Shown here piece by piece: positions 19,725-28,866 of a stretch of DNA of 64,000 nucleotides. This stretch comes from Trueperaceae bacterium (GTDB lineage: Bacteria; Deinococcota; Deinococci; Deinococcales; Trueperaceae), in NCBI GenBank assembly GCA_034520945.1, contig JAXHNB010000005.1:672001-736000 (forward strand), in the 5' to 3' direction. Made by a program: the position numbers and the translations under genes. The notes beneath the pieces were generated by a model. The model did no database searches. It was not told the origin of the DNA and worked only from the letters and a program-made list of their open reading frames with translations. The stretch's first letter is position 1. Every line of letters begins with the position of its first letter.

Positions 19725-19806
19725 GCGTGAACGCTAGCACGCGCGCTGCGTCTGCGGCGCGTTCCTGACGCCAAACCGGCCGGTTCGGCGCGTGGTAGCG
19801 TGCCGC

Positions 19807-20430
19807 GTGCGCCGCAGCCTTACGTTGATTCGCCATGGCCTCACCGACTGGAACGTCAGCGGACGATTCCAAGGACAGAGCGACCTGCCGCTCTCCGAGG
19901 CGGGCCGCCGGCAGGCACGCCGCCTGGCGCGCCGCACCATGCGGATGCGCAAGGCCGACGTGGTGGTGTCGAGCCCGCTGAGCCGCGCGTACGAGACGGC
20001 CACCATCGCGTTCCCGAACGCCGAGATCACGACCGATGCGCGCCTGATGGAGCTGAACTTCGGGATCTTCGAAGGCGGCACGCTGGAGGAGAACCGGCGC
20101 CGGCCGGAATGGGAGCGCTGGATCGCCGATCCGTTCGACAACGCCACCCCGTGCGGCGAGTCCTACCGCGACCTCCGCGAGCGTTCGGTGGCGTGGTTCG
20201 CCTCGCTGCCCGAAGGGCCCGGCGAGGTGGTGGCCATCACGCACAGCGGTACGATCCAAATGCTGTTGGCGTACGTCCTCGGCCTGGACCGCCCACGCTG
20301 GCGCAAGCGGATCTACCTGCGGCACAGCAGTGTGAGCCGGATCATCATGCAAGGCGAAGAGATGATCGTCGAACGCGTCAACGACACGAGGCACCTCGAC
20401 GAGGACGGGACCGATCCGTTTTGGGAGTGA
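19807..20430 (+). CDS. Histidine phosphatase (phosphoglycerate mutase) family protein
   Basis: LIRHG, SSPLSRA, ELNFG, GES, THSG; start moved to GTG 19807 (TAGCGT 5 nt upstream). Confidence 0.88.
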   Translation: MRRSLTLIRHGLTDWNVSGRFQGQSDLPLSEAGRRQARRLARRTMRMRKADVVVSSPLSRAYETATIAFPNAEITTDARLMELNFGIFEGGTLEENRRRPEWERWIADPFDNATPCGESYRDLRERSVAWFASLPEGPGEVVAITHSGTIQMLLAYVLGLDRPRWRKRIYLRHSSVSRIIMQGEEMIVERVNDTRHLDEDGTDPFWE

Positions 20431-21248
20431 GTCCCGCCGCCCCGTCCCGCCCAGCCGGCGCGCGCAGCGCGCCGGCGGCCGAACCGGCCGTGTTCCGCGT
20501 CGCGTTGCCCCACTACCAGGGCGACCTGGCCGGGCTGGCCCAGGCGCTTCGCAGCGGCGCGCTCACCCCGGCCCAGGTCGACCTGCGCGCCCTGGTGCGT
20601 GCCGCACTGGAATGGTTCGAGCGGGAGGCCGAACGCGACCTGAGTGATGCCAGCGTCGCGCTGCCCCAGGTGGCGCGGGTGGTCGAGCTCAAGGTGCGCC
20701 TGCTCCTGCCCCGGCCGCCCCGCGGCGCCGACGCGGAGGAGGACGACGTCGACGATGCGCTGCACGCCGTGGCCCTGCTGGAGGACCTGGAGGGCGCCAT
20801 CGGCTTCCTCCGCCGCCGCCGCGCCGAGCGGGCGGTGGTCGTCCCCGCGCAGGCGCCGCGCCCCTCCTTGCCGCGCCCGGAACGTCCGTTGGCGGCCACG
20901 GCGGAACGTTTGGCCGCGTTGGCGTCCCGCGTGCAGCGGCAGGGCTACTTCGAGTTGGTGCGGGAGCGGTTCACGCTGGAGGGCGCCATGCGCCGGCTCC
21001 GTCGCGCCTTGGCCCGGTGCGGCCGCGGCCCCCTGCGGCGGTTGCACCCCGCCCGGAGCTGGGGCGAGCGCACGGTGATCTTCGCCGGCATGCTGGAGTT
21101 GGTGCGGGACGGCCGGGTGCGGGCGCAGCAGGGGCGGACCTACGGCGAGATCGAGTTGGAGGTCGTGACGCCCCCCGACCCCCGCCTCGGCGCCGAGGGG
21201 GACGGGGGCGCCGACGAAAGCGCGGAGGAGCGCGGGGCGGTCGCCTGA
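20427..21248 (+). CDS. scpA: Segregation and condensation protein A (kleisin)
   Basis: LPHYQGDL, ELKVRLLLP, IFAGMLELVR..QGRTYGEI; GTGA overlap. Confidence 0.75.
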   Translation: MSPAAPSRPAGARSAPAAEPAVFRVALPHYQGDLAGLAQALRSGALTPAQVDLRALVRAALEWFEREAERDLSDASVALPQVARVVELKVRLLLPRPPRGADAEEDDVDDALHAVALLEDLEGAIGFLRRRRAERAVVVPAQAPRPSLPRPERPLAATAERLAALASRVQRQGYFELVRERFTLEGAMRRLRRALARCGRGPLRRLHPARSWGERTVIFAGMLELVRDGRVRAQQGRTYGEIELEVVTPPDPRLGAEGDGGADESAEERGAVA

Positions 21249-21272
21249 GGCCGTCGCGGCGGGCGCCGAGGC

Positions 21273-23081
21273 TCAGCCGGTCGCGACCTGCTTGGCCTCG
21301 CGCTTACGCTGGTGCGCGTCCAGCGTGCGCTTGCGCAGGCGCAGGTGCTTGGGCGTGACCTCCAGCAGTTCGTCCTGGGCCAAGTACTCCAGGCATGCCT
21401 CCAACGTCAGCAGCCGCGGGGGGCTCAACGTGATGTTGTCGTCGCTGCCCGACGCCCGGACGTTGGTGAGCTTCTTGTTCTTGCACACGTTCAGTTCGAT
21501 GTCGCTGGGGCGGTTGCTCTCGCCGATCACCATGCCCGGGTAGACCTCCGCGCCGGGCGCCACGAAGAAGGTGCCCCGGTCCTGCAGCTTGAACAGGGCG
21601 TACGCGAAGGCCTCGCCGGCCTCCATCGACACCAGCGAGCCGTTCCGGCGGGTGCGGATCGCGCTGCCCAGCGGCTCGTACCCGTCGAACACGTGGCTCA
21701 GCAGGCCGTCGCCGGCGGTGAGCGACAGAAACGTGCTGCGAATCCCGAACAGGCCGCGGCTGGGGGCCAGGAACTCGGCGCGGGCCCGCGTCTCGCCCTG
21801 CTCCAGGTCCACCAGCTTGCCGCGACGCTGGGTGATCAGCTCGATCACGCTGCCGAGCGTGTCGGCGGGGACTTCGGCGACGACCCGTTCGATCGGTTCG
21901 AGGTCACGGTCCCCCTCGCGCCTCAGCACCACCTCGGGGCGGGACACGCTGAACTCGTACCCCTCGCGCCGCATCTGCTCGATCAGGATCGAGAGGTGCA
22001 GCTCGCCCCGACCGGCGACGCGGTAGCTCTCGCCACCCAACGGCTCGACGCGGAGGGCGACGTTGGTGAGCTCCTCACGGACCAGCCGTTCCCCGATGTG
22101 CCGACTGGTGAGGAAGCGTCCGTCCCGGCCGGCGAACGGGCTGGTGTTGGGGAACACCGTGATGCTGACGGTGGGCGCGTCGATGGCGCGGACCGGCAGG
22201 CGCTCGGGTGCGTCCGGATCGGTGAGCGTGTCGCCGATCATCACGTCGGCGATGCCGGCCAGCGCCACGATGTCGCCGGCCAAGGCGTCCTCGGTCTCGT
22301 GCCGGCCGAGCCCGAGGTGCGTGTACACCTTGCCGATGCGGGCCCGCAGCTCCCGCCCGTCCGCAGCGAGGTGGAGGACCTCGTCACCGGGGCGCAGGCG
22401 GCCGCGCCGCAGGCGGCCGATGGCCAAGCGTCCCAGGTAGTCGTCGTAGTCGAGGTTGGCCACCTGAAGCAGCGTGGGGCCGGACGCGTCGTCCTCCGCG
22501 GTGGGGAGGTGCGACACGATCGTCTCGAACAGCGGGCCGAGATCATCGCCCGGCGTCTCGCCATCGCGCCAGGCGCGCCCGTCGCGGGCGATCGCGTGGA
22601 TGACGGGGAAGTCCAACTGCGCGTCGCTGGCGCCGAGCTCGACCATCAGATCGAAGGTCAGGTCCACCACCCGGTCGGGGCGGGCGTCGGGTCGGTCGAT
22701 CTTGTTCACGACCACGACGGGCTTCAGGCCCTGCGCCAGCGCCTTGCCCAGCACGAAGCGCGTCTGCGGCATGGGACCCTCCGCCGCGTCCACGAGTAGC
22801 AGCACGCCGTCGACCATGCCCAGGGCGCGCTCCACCTCACCGCCGAAATCGGCGTGGCCGGGCGTGTCCACGACGTTGATCTTTCGGTCGCGCCACATCA
22901 CGGCGGTGTTCTTGGAGAGGATGGTGATGCCGCGCTCCCGCTCGAGGGCGTTGGAGTCCATCACCCGCTCCGCCACCTCTTGGTTGGCACGAAAGATGTT
23001 CGACTGCCGCAGCATGCCGTCCACCAGAGTGGTCTTGCCGTGATCCACGTGGGCCACGATCGCGATGTTGTGATACTTCAT
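21273..23081 (-). CDS. typA: Translational GTPase TypA/BipA
   Basis: [47 protein letters not shown]. Confidence 0.96.
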   Translation of the reverse strand: MKYHNIAIVAHVDHGKTTLVDGMLRQSNIFRANQEVAERVMDSNALERERGITILSKNTAVMWRDRKINVVDTPGHADFGGEVERALGMVDGVLLLVDAAEGPMPQTRFVLGKALAQGLKPVVVVNKIDRPDARPDRVVDLTFDLMVELGASDAQLDFPVIHAIARDGRAWRDGETPGDDLGPLFETIVSHLPTAEDDASGPTLLQVANLDYDDYLGRLAIGRLRRGRLRPGDEVLHLAADGRELRARIGKVYTHLGLGRHETEDALAGDIVALAGIADVMIGDTLTDPDAPERLPVRAIDAPTVSITVFPNTSPFAGRDGRFLTSRHIGERLVREELTNVALRVEPLGGESYRVAGRGELHLSILIEQMRREGYEFSVSRPEVVLRREGDRDLEPIERVVAEVPADTLGSVIELITQRRGKLVDLEQGETRARAEFLAPSRGLFGIRSTFLSLTAGDGLLSHVFDGYEPLGSAIRTRRNGSLVSMEAGEAFAYALFKLQDRGTFFVAPGAEVYPGMVIGESNRPSDIELNVCKNKKLTNVRASGSDDNITLSPPRLLTLEACLEYLAQDELLEVTPKHLRLRKRTLDAHQRKREAKQVATG

Positions 23082-23273
23082 CCGGCCTGCCTTCCGGCGC
23101 GCCCGCGGCGCGTCCAAACACTAAGGCTAGCACCATGTTGCCCGTTTTCGGGTCGTCCGGCGACGCGGGCCCCCGTGCGACGCGTGGGCGACCGACTCGG
23201 GCGGGCGCCGCGGGTACCCTCCGGCCTGCGGGTCGGCGCCGCCCAGCGCCGACCCTGGGAGGACCGTGGAATC

Positions 23274-23534
23274 ATGAGCGACCGCACGTTGACGATCTAC
23301 ACCACGGGACGCTGCAGCGACTGCCAGGCCACCAAGATGGCCCTCGAACGGCTGGGCGTCCCCTACGAGGAAGTGAACATCGAAGAGGACCCAGGCGCCG
23401 CTGATTACGTGCTCGAGGTCAACGGCGGCCGCAGGAGCGTGCCGACGCTGGCCTTCGGCGACGACGCCGCCAGCCTGTCGAACTTCGACCGTAGGCGCCT
23501 CGACGCCTTCCTGGACCGTCACGACCTCCGCTGA
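23274..23534 (+). CDS. Glutaredoxin-like (NrdH/mycoredoxin-type) protein
   Basis: IYTTGRCSDC, NGGRRSVPTL. Confidence 0.85.
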   Translation: MSDRTLTIYTTGRCSDCQATKMALERLGVPYEEVNIEEDPGAADYVLEVNGGRRSVPTLAFGDDAASLSNFDRRRLDAFLDRHDLR

Positions 23535-23583
23535 GGGGTGGGCCGCCGAGGCGCCGCCGGGGCGTCATGGTAGGCTTTTCGCC

Positions 23584-24369
23584 ATGACCGACGCGCACAC
23601 CCCGGCGTCAACGCGCACGCCCGGCCCGACGCACGACGCGGCAGGGGTCGAGGCGATGTTCGACGCCATCGCCCCCCGCTACGACCTGCTCAACGCCGTG
23701 CTCAGCGCGGGCATGGATCGGCGTTGGCGGGCGCAGGCGGTGGACGCGGCGCTCGCCAAGCGACCCGCGCGTCTGCTGGACGTGGCCACCGGGACCGGTG
23801 ACCTTGCGCTGGCGCTGGGCCGGGCCCTGCCGGGCGCCGAGGTGCGGGGCGTGGACGTGTCCGAGGTGATGCTGGCGCGCGGGCGCGACAAGGTGCGTCG
23901 GTCGGGCCGCGACATCACGTTGTCGCGCGCGGACGGGACGGACCTGCCGTTCGAGGACGCCGCGTTCGACGTGGTGACCATCGGGTACGGCCTTCGCAAC
24001 TTCCAGGATCTGAGTGCGGGCCTGCGGGAGTTCCGGCGCGTGCTCCGCCCCGGCGGGCGGCTGGTGGTGCTGGAGTTCCCCCCGCCGCCCCGCGGGTGGT
24101 TCGGGGCGGTGTTCCGCGCCTACTTCACGCGCGTCCTGCCGGCGATCGGCCGGCTCGTGTCCGGCCACGACGACGCATATTCGTATCTGCCTCAGAGCGT
24201 GATGGCGTTTCCGGCGCCGTCCGACCTGGCGGCCGGGATCTCGGCGGCGGATTTCGACGCCGTCACCTGGACGCCGCAGACGCTGGGCGTGTCCGCACTT
24301 CACGTCGCCGACGTGGACATGCAGGACGACGCCGCTCGCACCGGGAGCCTCCGGGAGGACGCCGCATGA
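23584..24369 (+). CDS. menG: Demethylmenaquinone methyltransferase (UbiE/MenG)
   Basis: MFDAIAPRYDLLN, LDVATGTGD, YGLRN, AYSYLPQS. Confidence 0.88.
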   Translation: MTDAHTPASTRTPGPTHDAAGVEAMFDAIAPRYDLLNAVLSAGMDRRWRAQAVDAALAKRPARLLDVATGTGDLALALGRALPGAEVRGVDVSEVMLARGRDKVRRSGRDITLSRADGTDLPFEDAAFDVVTIGYGLRNFQDLSAGLREFRRVLRPGGRLVVLEFPPPPRGWFGAVFRAYFTRVLPAIGRLVSGHDDAYSYLPQSVMAFPAPSDLAAGISAADFDAVTWTPQTLGVSALHVADVDMQDDAARTGSLREDAA

Positions 24370-24956
24370 CGCACAACCTCAGCGAGTTCGAGATCAACAC
24401 CGACGCGGCGCTGGTCGATCCCGATTGGGAGGCGTTCGTGGAGCATCACGACGCGCGCTACGGCCTGGCGATCCACCACCTGAAGAGCATGGTGAAGGGC
24501 CGCAGGTACGACAACGACGCGGTCAAGCTGCGCGTCGGGTCGAAAGGGTTCTACCTCCAGTCCAGGCGCTTTCCCGCCGCCTTCTTCGGCGGGACCGACC
24601 TTCCCGAGCAGGACTTCGTGAGCGAAGAGGAGGCCCGTGCCGTCGTGTGGGAGGCGACGGCCGCCTACCGCGCCGGCGAGGCGCAGTCCCTCACCTGCAT
24701 CTACGATGACGGTGATCCGCCCGAGGTGTTCTTCGGCTACCGGACCGGCGACACCGAGCGCTACGAGCTCGGCGAGCTCCAGGACGTGTTGCCGCTGCAC
24801 CTGCGGGTGATGGTGGACGCCCAGGTGCCCAGCGAGCTGGTCGGGGCCTCCCAGGGCATGCTGGTGTACCAGCGCACCGGCGACGGCCGCCACCTCGTGC
24901 TGCGTCGCGCCGGCCGGCAGCACCCCTACCAACCGTTGGGGACGCTGTCGTCCTGA
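24366..24956 (+). CDS. Hypothetical protein (196 aa)
   Basis: ATGA overlap with menG, GGAGG SD, normal coding composition. Confidence 0.75.
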   Translation: MTHNLSEFEINTDAALVDPDWEAFVEHHDARYGLAIHHLKSMVKGRRYDNDAVKLRVGSKGFYLQSRRFPAAFFGGTDLPEQDFVSEEEARAVVWEATAAYRAGEAQSLTCIYDDGDPPEVFFGYRTGDTERYELGELQDVLPLHLRVMVDAQVPSELVGASQGMLVYQRTGDGRHLVLRRAGRQHPYQPLGTLSS

Positions 24957-24969
24957 AGCGTCCCCGCGC

Positions 24970-25710
24970 GTGACGCCGCCCGTGCCGGACCCCGACGACG
25001 CGTACGACGCGGTGATCATCGGGGCCGGCGCGTGCGGCGCCGAGGCGGCCTGGCGTTTGGCGGGCCAGGGGCGCACCGTGGCGCTGGTGACGACCAGCCT
25101 GGACACGGTCTACGCCGCCCCCGCCGAACGGGCGCGGCCCGGCGGGCCCGCCGGCAGCCTGGCGGAGGCCGTGGCCGCCGACGTGCGGCCGGACGCGGAC
25201 GGCACGGTGTCGGCCTGGTCGCTGCACACCGCGGCCAAGTATCGGCTGGAGGGGCAGACCGGCGTCCACCTGCTGCAATCCAACGTGGAGGGCCTGATCA
25301 CCGAGGGCGGGCGGGCCACCGGCGTGCGGACCTGGGAGGGCGTCCCGCGCCGCGGCCGCGCCGTGGCCCTGTGCGCCGGCAGCTTCTTGCGGGCGCGCCT
25401 CCGCGTCGGCGAGGCGGAGGAACGGGCGGGCCGGCCGGGCGAGATGGCGTACGACGACCTGGCCGACGACCTGGCGGCACGCGGCGTGCGGATGGTGGCG
25501 GCGCGTCAGGTCGGGGGCGGCGCCGGGCCCGCGTGGGAGGTGCGGTTCGACCGCTTGGGCGAAGACGAACGCGCGGGCATGCACCTCGTCCGCATCCCGG
25601 GCGCGTTCGCGGCGGGCGTCTGCGCGCACGGTCCGCTGGACGTCGAAGCGGCCACGCACGACGGCATCGCCCTGGCCGACGCGGTGCACGCCTGGCTGGA
25701 GGCGACGTGA
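24970..25710 (+). CDS. Short GidA-related FAD-binding protein
   Basis: DAVIIGAGACGAEAA, GVRTWEG, ALCAGSFL, GRPGE; resembles only the GidA FAD domain. Confidence 0.7.
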   Translation: MTPPVPDPDDAYDAVIIGAGACGAEAAWRLAGQGRTVALVTTSLDTVYAAPAERARPGGPAGSLAEAVAADVRPDADGTVSAWSLHTAAKYRLEGQTGVHLLQSNVEGLITEGGRATGVRTWEGVPRRGRAVALCAGSFLRARLRVGEAEERAGRPGEMAYDDLADDLAARGVRMVAARQVGGGAGPAWEVRFDRLGEDERAGMHLVRIPGAFAAGVCAHGPLDVEAATHDGIALADAVHAWLEAT

Positions 25711-25729
25711 CGCGCCGTGTGGCTCACGT

Positions 25730-25942
25730 TCAGCGCAGGTAGGTGTCGTCGCGCGGTTCGGTGTAGCTGCGCATGGGGGCCAGCTCGTCCTCGGCCGCCC
25801 ACACGATGGCGCCCTCGCCCGCGTGGCGGCCGCTGGCCGACAGCAGCCGGTAGGGGTACGGTCCTTGCCGCCGCCCGGCGATCACGTACCGTTTGCCGTC
25901 CCTGAGGACCTCTTCGCCGATCATGTAGCGGGGACCGTCCAT
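25730..25942 (-). CDS. Small hypothetical protein (70 aa)
   Basis: Fills the gap; TGG-TATCGT box 6 nt before the ATG. Confidence 0.65.
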   Translation of the reverse strand: MDGPRYMIGEEVLRDGKRYVIAGRRQGPYPYRLLSASGRHAGEGAIVWAAEDELAPMRSYTEPRDDTYLR

Positions 25943-26032
25943 GCCGCGACGATACCACCGCCATGCCCTGCCCGCGGCGGGCGTTCGTCCCGGTGCCCCG
26001 CACCCCGCGCGGGCGAGCGTCGCGGACCCCCT

Positions 26033-26578
26033 CTACCCGGCGTGGGACAGCACGCTCAGGGTGAACGCGACCAGTACCGAGGGCAGGCCGAACACGCTCA
26101 GTAGGTACAGGATCGCCGCCGCGCGCGGGCGCGCCGTGGCGTGCACCTCGGTGCCGCGCCACACCAGCCACAGGTGCCAGGCGGGCAGCATCGCCAGGGC
26201 GCCCGCCATCGTCGCCCAGGGGGCGAACCAGCCGATCGGCAGCAGCGACACGGCGAGGAAGCCGCTGGGAACCCACGCCCAGGCGACGATCTCGAACGCC
26301 CGCAGGTCCATTCCGGCGGGACGCATCAGGACCAGGCTCCCCAGGATCGACACCAGCACGGCGTAGGGCAGCACCATGAGCGGCGTGCCCAGCAGGAACA
26401 ACGGCCAGGCGTCCGACGCCGTGCCGCGTGCCAGCACGACGCCCAGCGCCAGTGCGCCCATCAGCAGCGACACCCCGCCTGCGGCCGCGGCCGCACCAAG
26501 GGCGGGCTCGTCCGGCAGGTCCTCGAAGAAGCGGCCGGGCACCGAGGCGGCCCGCCAGGCGCGGCGCAGCTGCGTCAC
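26033..26578 (-). CDS. Yip1-like multi-pass membrane protein
   Basis: PGRFFE followed by about 5 TM helices; GTGA overlap with mqnD. Confidence 0.6.
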   Translation of the reverse strand: MTQLRRAWRAASVPGRFFEDLPDEPALGAAAAAGGVSLLMGALALGVVLARGTASDAWPLFLLGTPLMVLPYAVLVSILGSLVLMRPAGMDLRAFEIVAWAWVPSGFLAVSLLPIGWFAPWATMAGALAMLPAWHLWLVWRGTEVHATARPRAAAILYLLSVFGLPSVLVAFTLSVLSHAG

Positions 26579-27405
26579 GACGGCGCCCAGAACGGGTCCG
26601 GCGGCACCGGCGGCAGCAGGCCGCGGTCGGTGGCGTGCTGGAACAGGGTGCGGACTGCGTGGCGGCCCTCGGCGCCCACGTCTTCGGTGAAGCCGTTCAC
26701 GTAGGTGCGGATGTGGCGCGCGCGCACCTCGGGCGCCATCTCCTGCGCGTGCCTGGCCACGTACGCCGCGCTCGCGTCGGGGTCATGAAGCGCGGCCCGG
26801 ACGCTGGCGGCGACCGCGCGCGCGACGCCGTCCACCACCTCGGGCCCCAGCGCCCGCCGCACGATGATCACGCCAAGGGGGATCGGCGCACCGGTGGTGT
26901 CCTCCCACCAGCGCCCCAAATCGATGAGCGCGTGCAGGCCGTGCGCCGGGTAGGTGAAGCGGGACTCGTGAATGATCAGGCCGGCGTCCACCTCGCCGGC
27001 CGCGACGGCGGGCATGATCCGGTCGTAGCGCATCGGGACCCGGTCGGTGGCGGCGGGGGCGTACAGGTCCAGCAGGAGATTGGCGGTGGTCCGGCCGCCG
27101 GGCGTGGCGACCGTGCGGCCGTCCAGGGCGAGGTCCGGGTCGCGCGCGACCACCAGCGGGCCGATGCCGCGCGACACGGCGCCCCCCGCGGGCAGGGCCC
27201 ACCAGTCCGCGGCCAGGCGTCCGAAGGCGTGATAGGAGACCTTGGCGACGTCCAAGCGGCCCTCCGCCGCGAGTCCGTTGAGGGTCTCGACGTCCTCCAG
27301 CTGAACCTCGAACGTGAGGGGCGTGTCCACCAACCCGTGCGTCAGCGCGTGGAACACGAAGGTGTCGTTCGGGCAGGGGGAGAATCCCAGACGCAAGGGG
27401 CGCAT
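26575..27405 (-). CDS. mqnD: 1,4-dihydroxy-6-naphthoate synthase (futalosine pathway)
   Basis: LGFSPCPNDTF, DVETLN, IIHESRFTY, PIPLG, YVN. Confidence 0.92.
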   Translation of the reverse strand: MRPLRLGFSPCPNDTFVFHALTHGLVDTPLTFEVQLEDVETLNGLAAEGRLDVAKVSYHAFGRLAADWWALPAGGAVSRGIGPLVVARDPDLALDGRTVATPGGRTTANLLLDLYAPAATDRVPMRYDRIMPAVAAGEVDAGLIIHESRFTYPAHGLHALIDLGRWWEDTTGAPIPLGVIIVRRALGPEVVDGVARAVAASVRAALHDPDASAAYVARHAQEMAPEVRARHIRTYVNGFTEDVGAEGRHAVRTLFQHATDRGLLPPVPPDPFWAPS

Positions 27406-27492
27406 GGCCGGGATCGTACCAGCGGGTGCCGAGGCCCCGGCGTCCATGGCCCAGGGCTCACTCGCAGCGCGCATACGCGTGTGCGAGGCGCA

Positions 27493-27521
27493 TTGATGCA
27501 CCTCGCTCCGTCTGCTACACT
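27493..27521 (+). promoter_or_regulatory. Sigma70 promoter of infC-rpmI-rplT
   Basis: TTGATG-17nt-TACACT with extended TG. Confidence 0.65.
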
Positions 27522-27579
27522 CAGGCCCCGTGCCCGGGCCGCCTAAGGACCCGGACCGCACGCGTGGGAGGTGGAGTCC

Positions 27580-28101
27580 ATAGCAAAGGACATGAAGGTG
27601 AACGACCAGATCCGGGTGCGTCAGGTGCGCCTGATCGAACAGGATGGCAACCAGGTGGGCATCGTCGACACCCGCGAGGCCATGCGCCGCGCGCGCGAGA
27701 ACGATCTCGATCTGGTTCTGGTGGGAGAACGGGCCCAACCGCCCGTCGCGCGTCTCATGGACTACGGCAAGTACCGCTTCGAGATGCAGCAGGAGGACAA
27801 GGAGGCCCGCAAGCGCTCCCGCCAGCAAGAGATGAAGGCCATCAAGTTCCGGGTCAAGATCGGCGAGCACGACTACGTGACCAAGGTGAACCACGTGCGG
27901 CGCTTCCTCAAGGCCGGCCACAAGGTCAAGATCACCATCATGTTCCGCGGTCGTGAACGCACGCACCCCGATCTCGGCCAGGATCTGCTGAACCGTGTGG
28001 CGCAGGACGTCTCGGAGATCGCGACGGTGGATCAACCTCCGACCCTCGCCGGGATGGACATGAACATGACCTTGCGCCCCGTCATGGCTGCCGAAGCCTG
28101 A
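27580..28101 (+). CDS. infC: Translation initiation factor IF-3, probable non-canonical ATA start
   Basis: NDQIR, MDYGKY, KVKITIMFRGRE; GGAGGT SD 7 nt before in-frame ATA 27580. Confidence 0.95.
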   Translation: MAKDMKVNDQIRVRQVRLIEQDGNQVGIVDTREAMRRARENDLDLVLVGERAQPPVARLMDYGKYRFEMQQEDKEARKRSRQQEMKAIKFRVKIGEHDYVTKVNHVRRFLKAGHKVKITIMFRGRERTHPDLGQDLLNRVAQDVSEIATVDQPPTLAGMDMNMTLRPVMAAEA

Positions 28102-28210
28102 CCCGAACCGGTCGTCGCCAGGTCCTTCGGCGACCCGACCCCACCCCTCATCCCTTCACGACAGGTCCGCTCGGGCGGGCCCGACGCGAACGAGAACACC
28201 AGGAGACACC

Positions 28211-28408
28211 ATGCCGAAACTGAAGACCCACAAGGGCACCAAAGCCCGTGTCAACGTCACTGGGCGAGGTAAGGTCACGGCCATGCGTACCGGCAAGCGG
28301 CACCTGAACTACCACAAGTCCGGCAAGCGCATTCGTCAGGGCAGAACCGACCTCGTCCTCGCGCACACCGAGGCGGAGCGCATCAAGAAGCTCCTCCCGT
28401 ACGAGTGA
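28211..28408 (+). CDS. rpmI: 50S ribosomal protein L35
   Basis: MPKLKTHKG, KRHL, KKLLP; position in the operon. Confidence 0.95.
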   Translation: MPKLKTHKGTKARVNVTGRGKVTAMRTGKRHLNYHKSGKRIRQGRTDLVLAHTEAERIKKLLPYE

Positions 28409-28420
28409 GGAAGGCCCGAC

Positions 28421-28777
28421 ATGCCTAGAAGCAAGACCGGCACCGTACGTCGCACCCGCCACAAGAAGATCCTGAAGCGGGCCAAGGGGTTCTGGGGGCT
28501 GCGGTCCAAGACCTTCAGCGGCGCCCGGCAGACCCTGCTCAACGCGGCCGACTACGCCTACCGCGACCGCCGCGACAAGAAGCACGTGTTCCGGCGCCTG
28601 TGGATCTCGCGCATCAACGCCGCCACGCGGCAGCACGGCCTCCCGTACGGCACCTTCGTGCACGGCCTGCGCCAGGCCGGGGTCGAGCTCGACCGCAAGG
28701 TGCTGGCCGACCTCGCCGTCCGCGAACCCGACGCGTTCGCGTCGCTGATCGACGTCGCCAAGCAGAAGGCCGCCTGA
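28421..28777 (+). CDS. rplT: 50S ribosomal protein L20
   Basis: [34 protein letters not shown]. Confidence 0.97.
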   Translation: MPRSKTGTVRRTRHKKILKRAKGFWGLRSKTFSGARQTLLNAADYAYRDRRDKKHVFRRLWISRINAATRQHGLPYGTFVHGLRQAGVELDRKVLADLAVREPDAFASLIDVAKQKAA

Positions 28778-28803
28778 GCGACACGCCGAACCGACGTACG
28801 ACC

Positions 28804-28835
28804 TGCGTGGCGCGCCCCATCCGGCGCGCCACGCA
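28804..28835. terminator. Hairpin between rplT and the convergent gene
   Basis: tgcgtggcgcgcc-N6-ggcgcgccacgca 13-bp stem. Confidence 0.55.
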
Positions 28836-28866
28836 CGTTCGGGGCGCGTCACGCCCGCGTGCTCGC

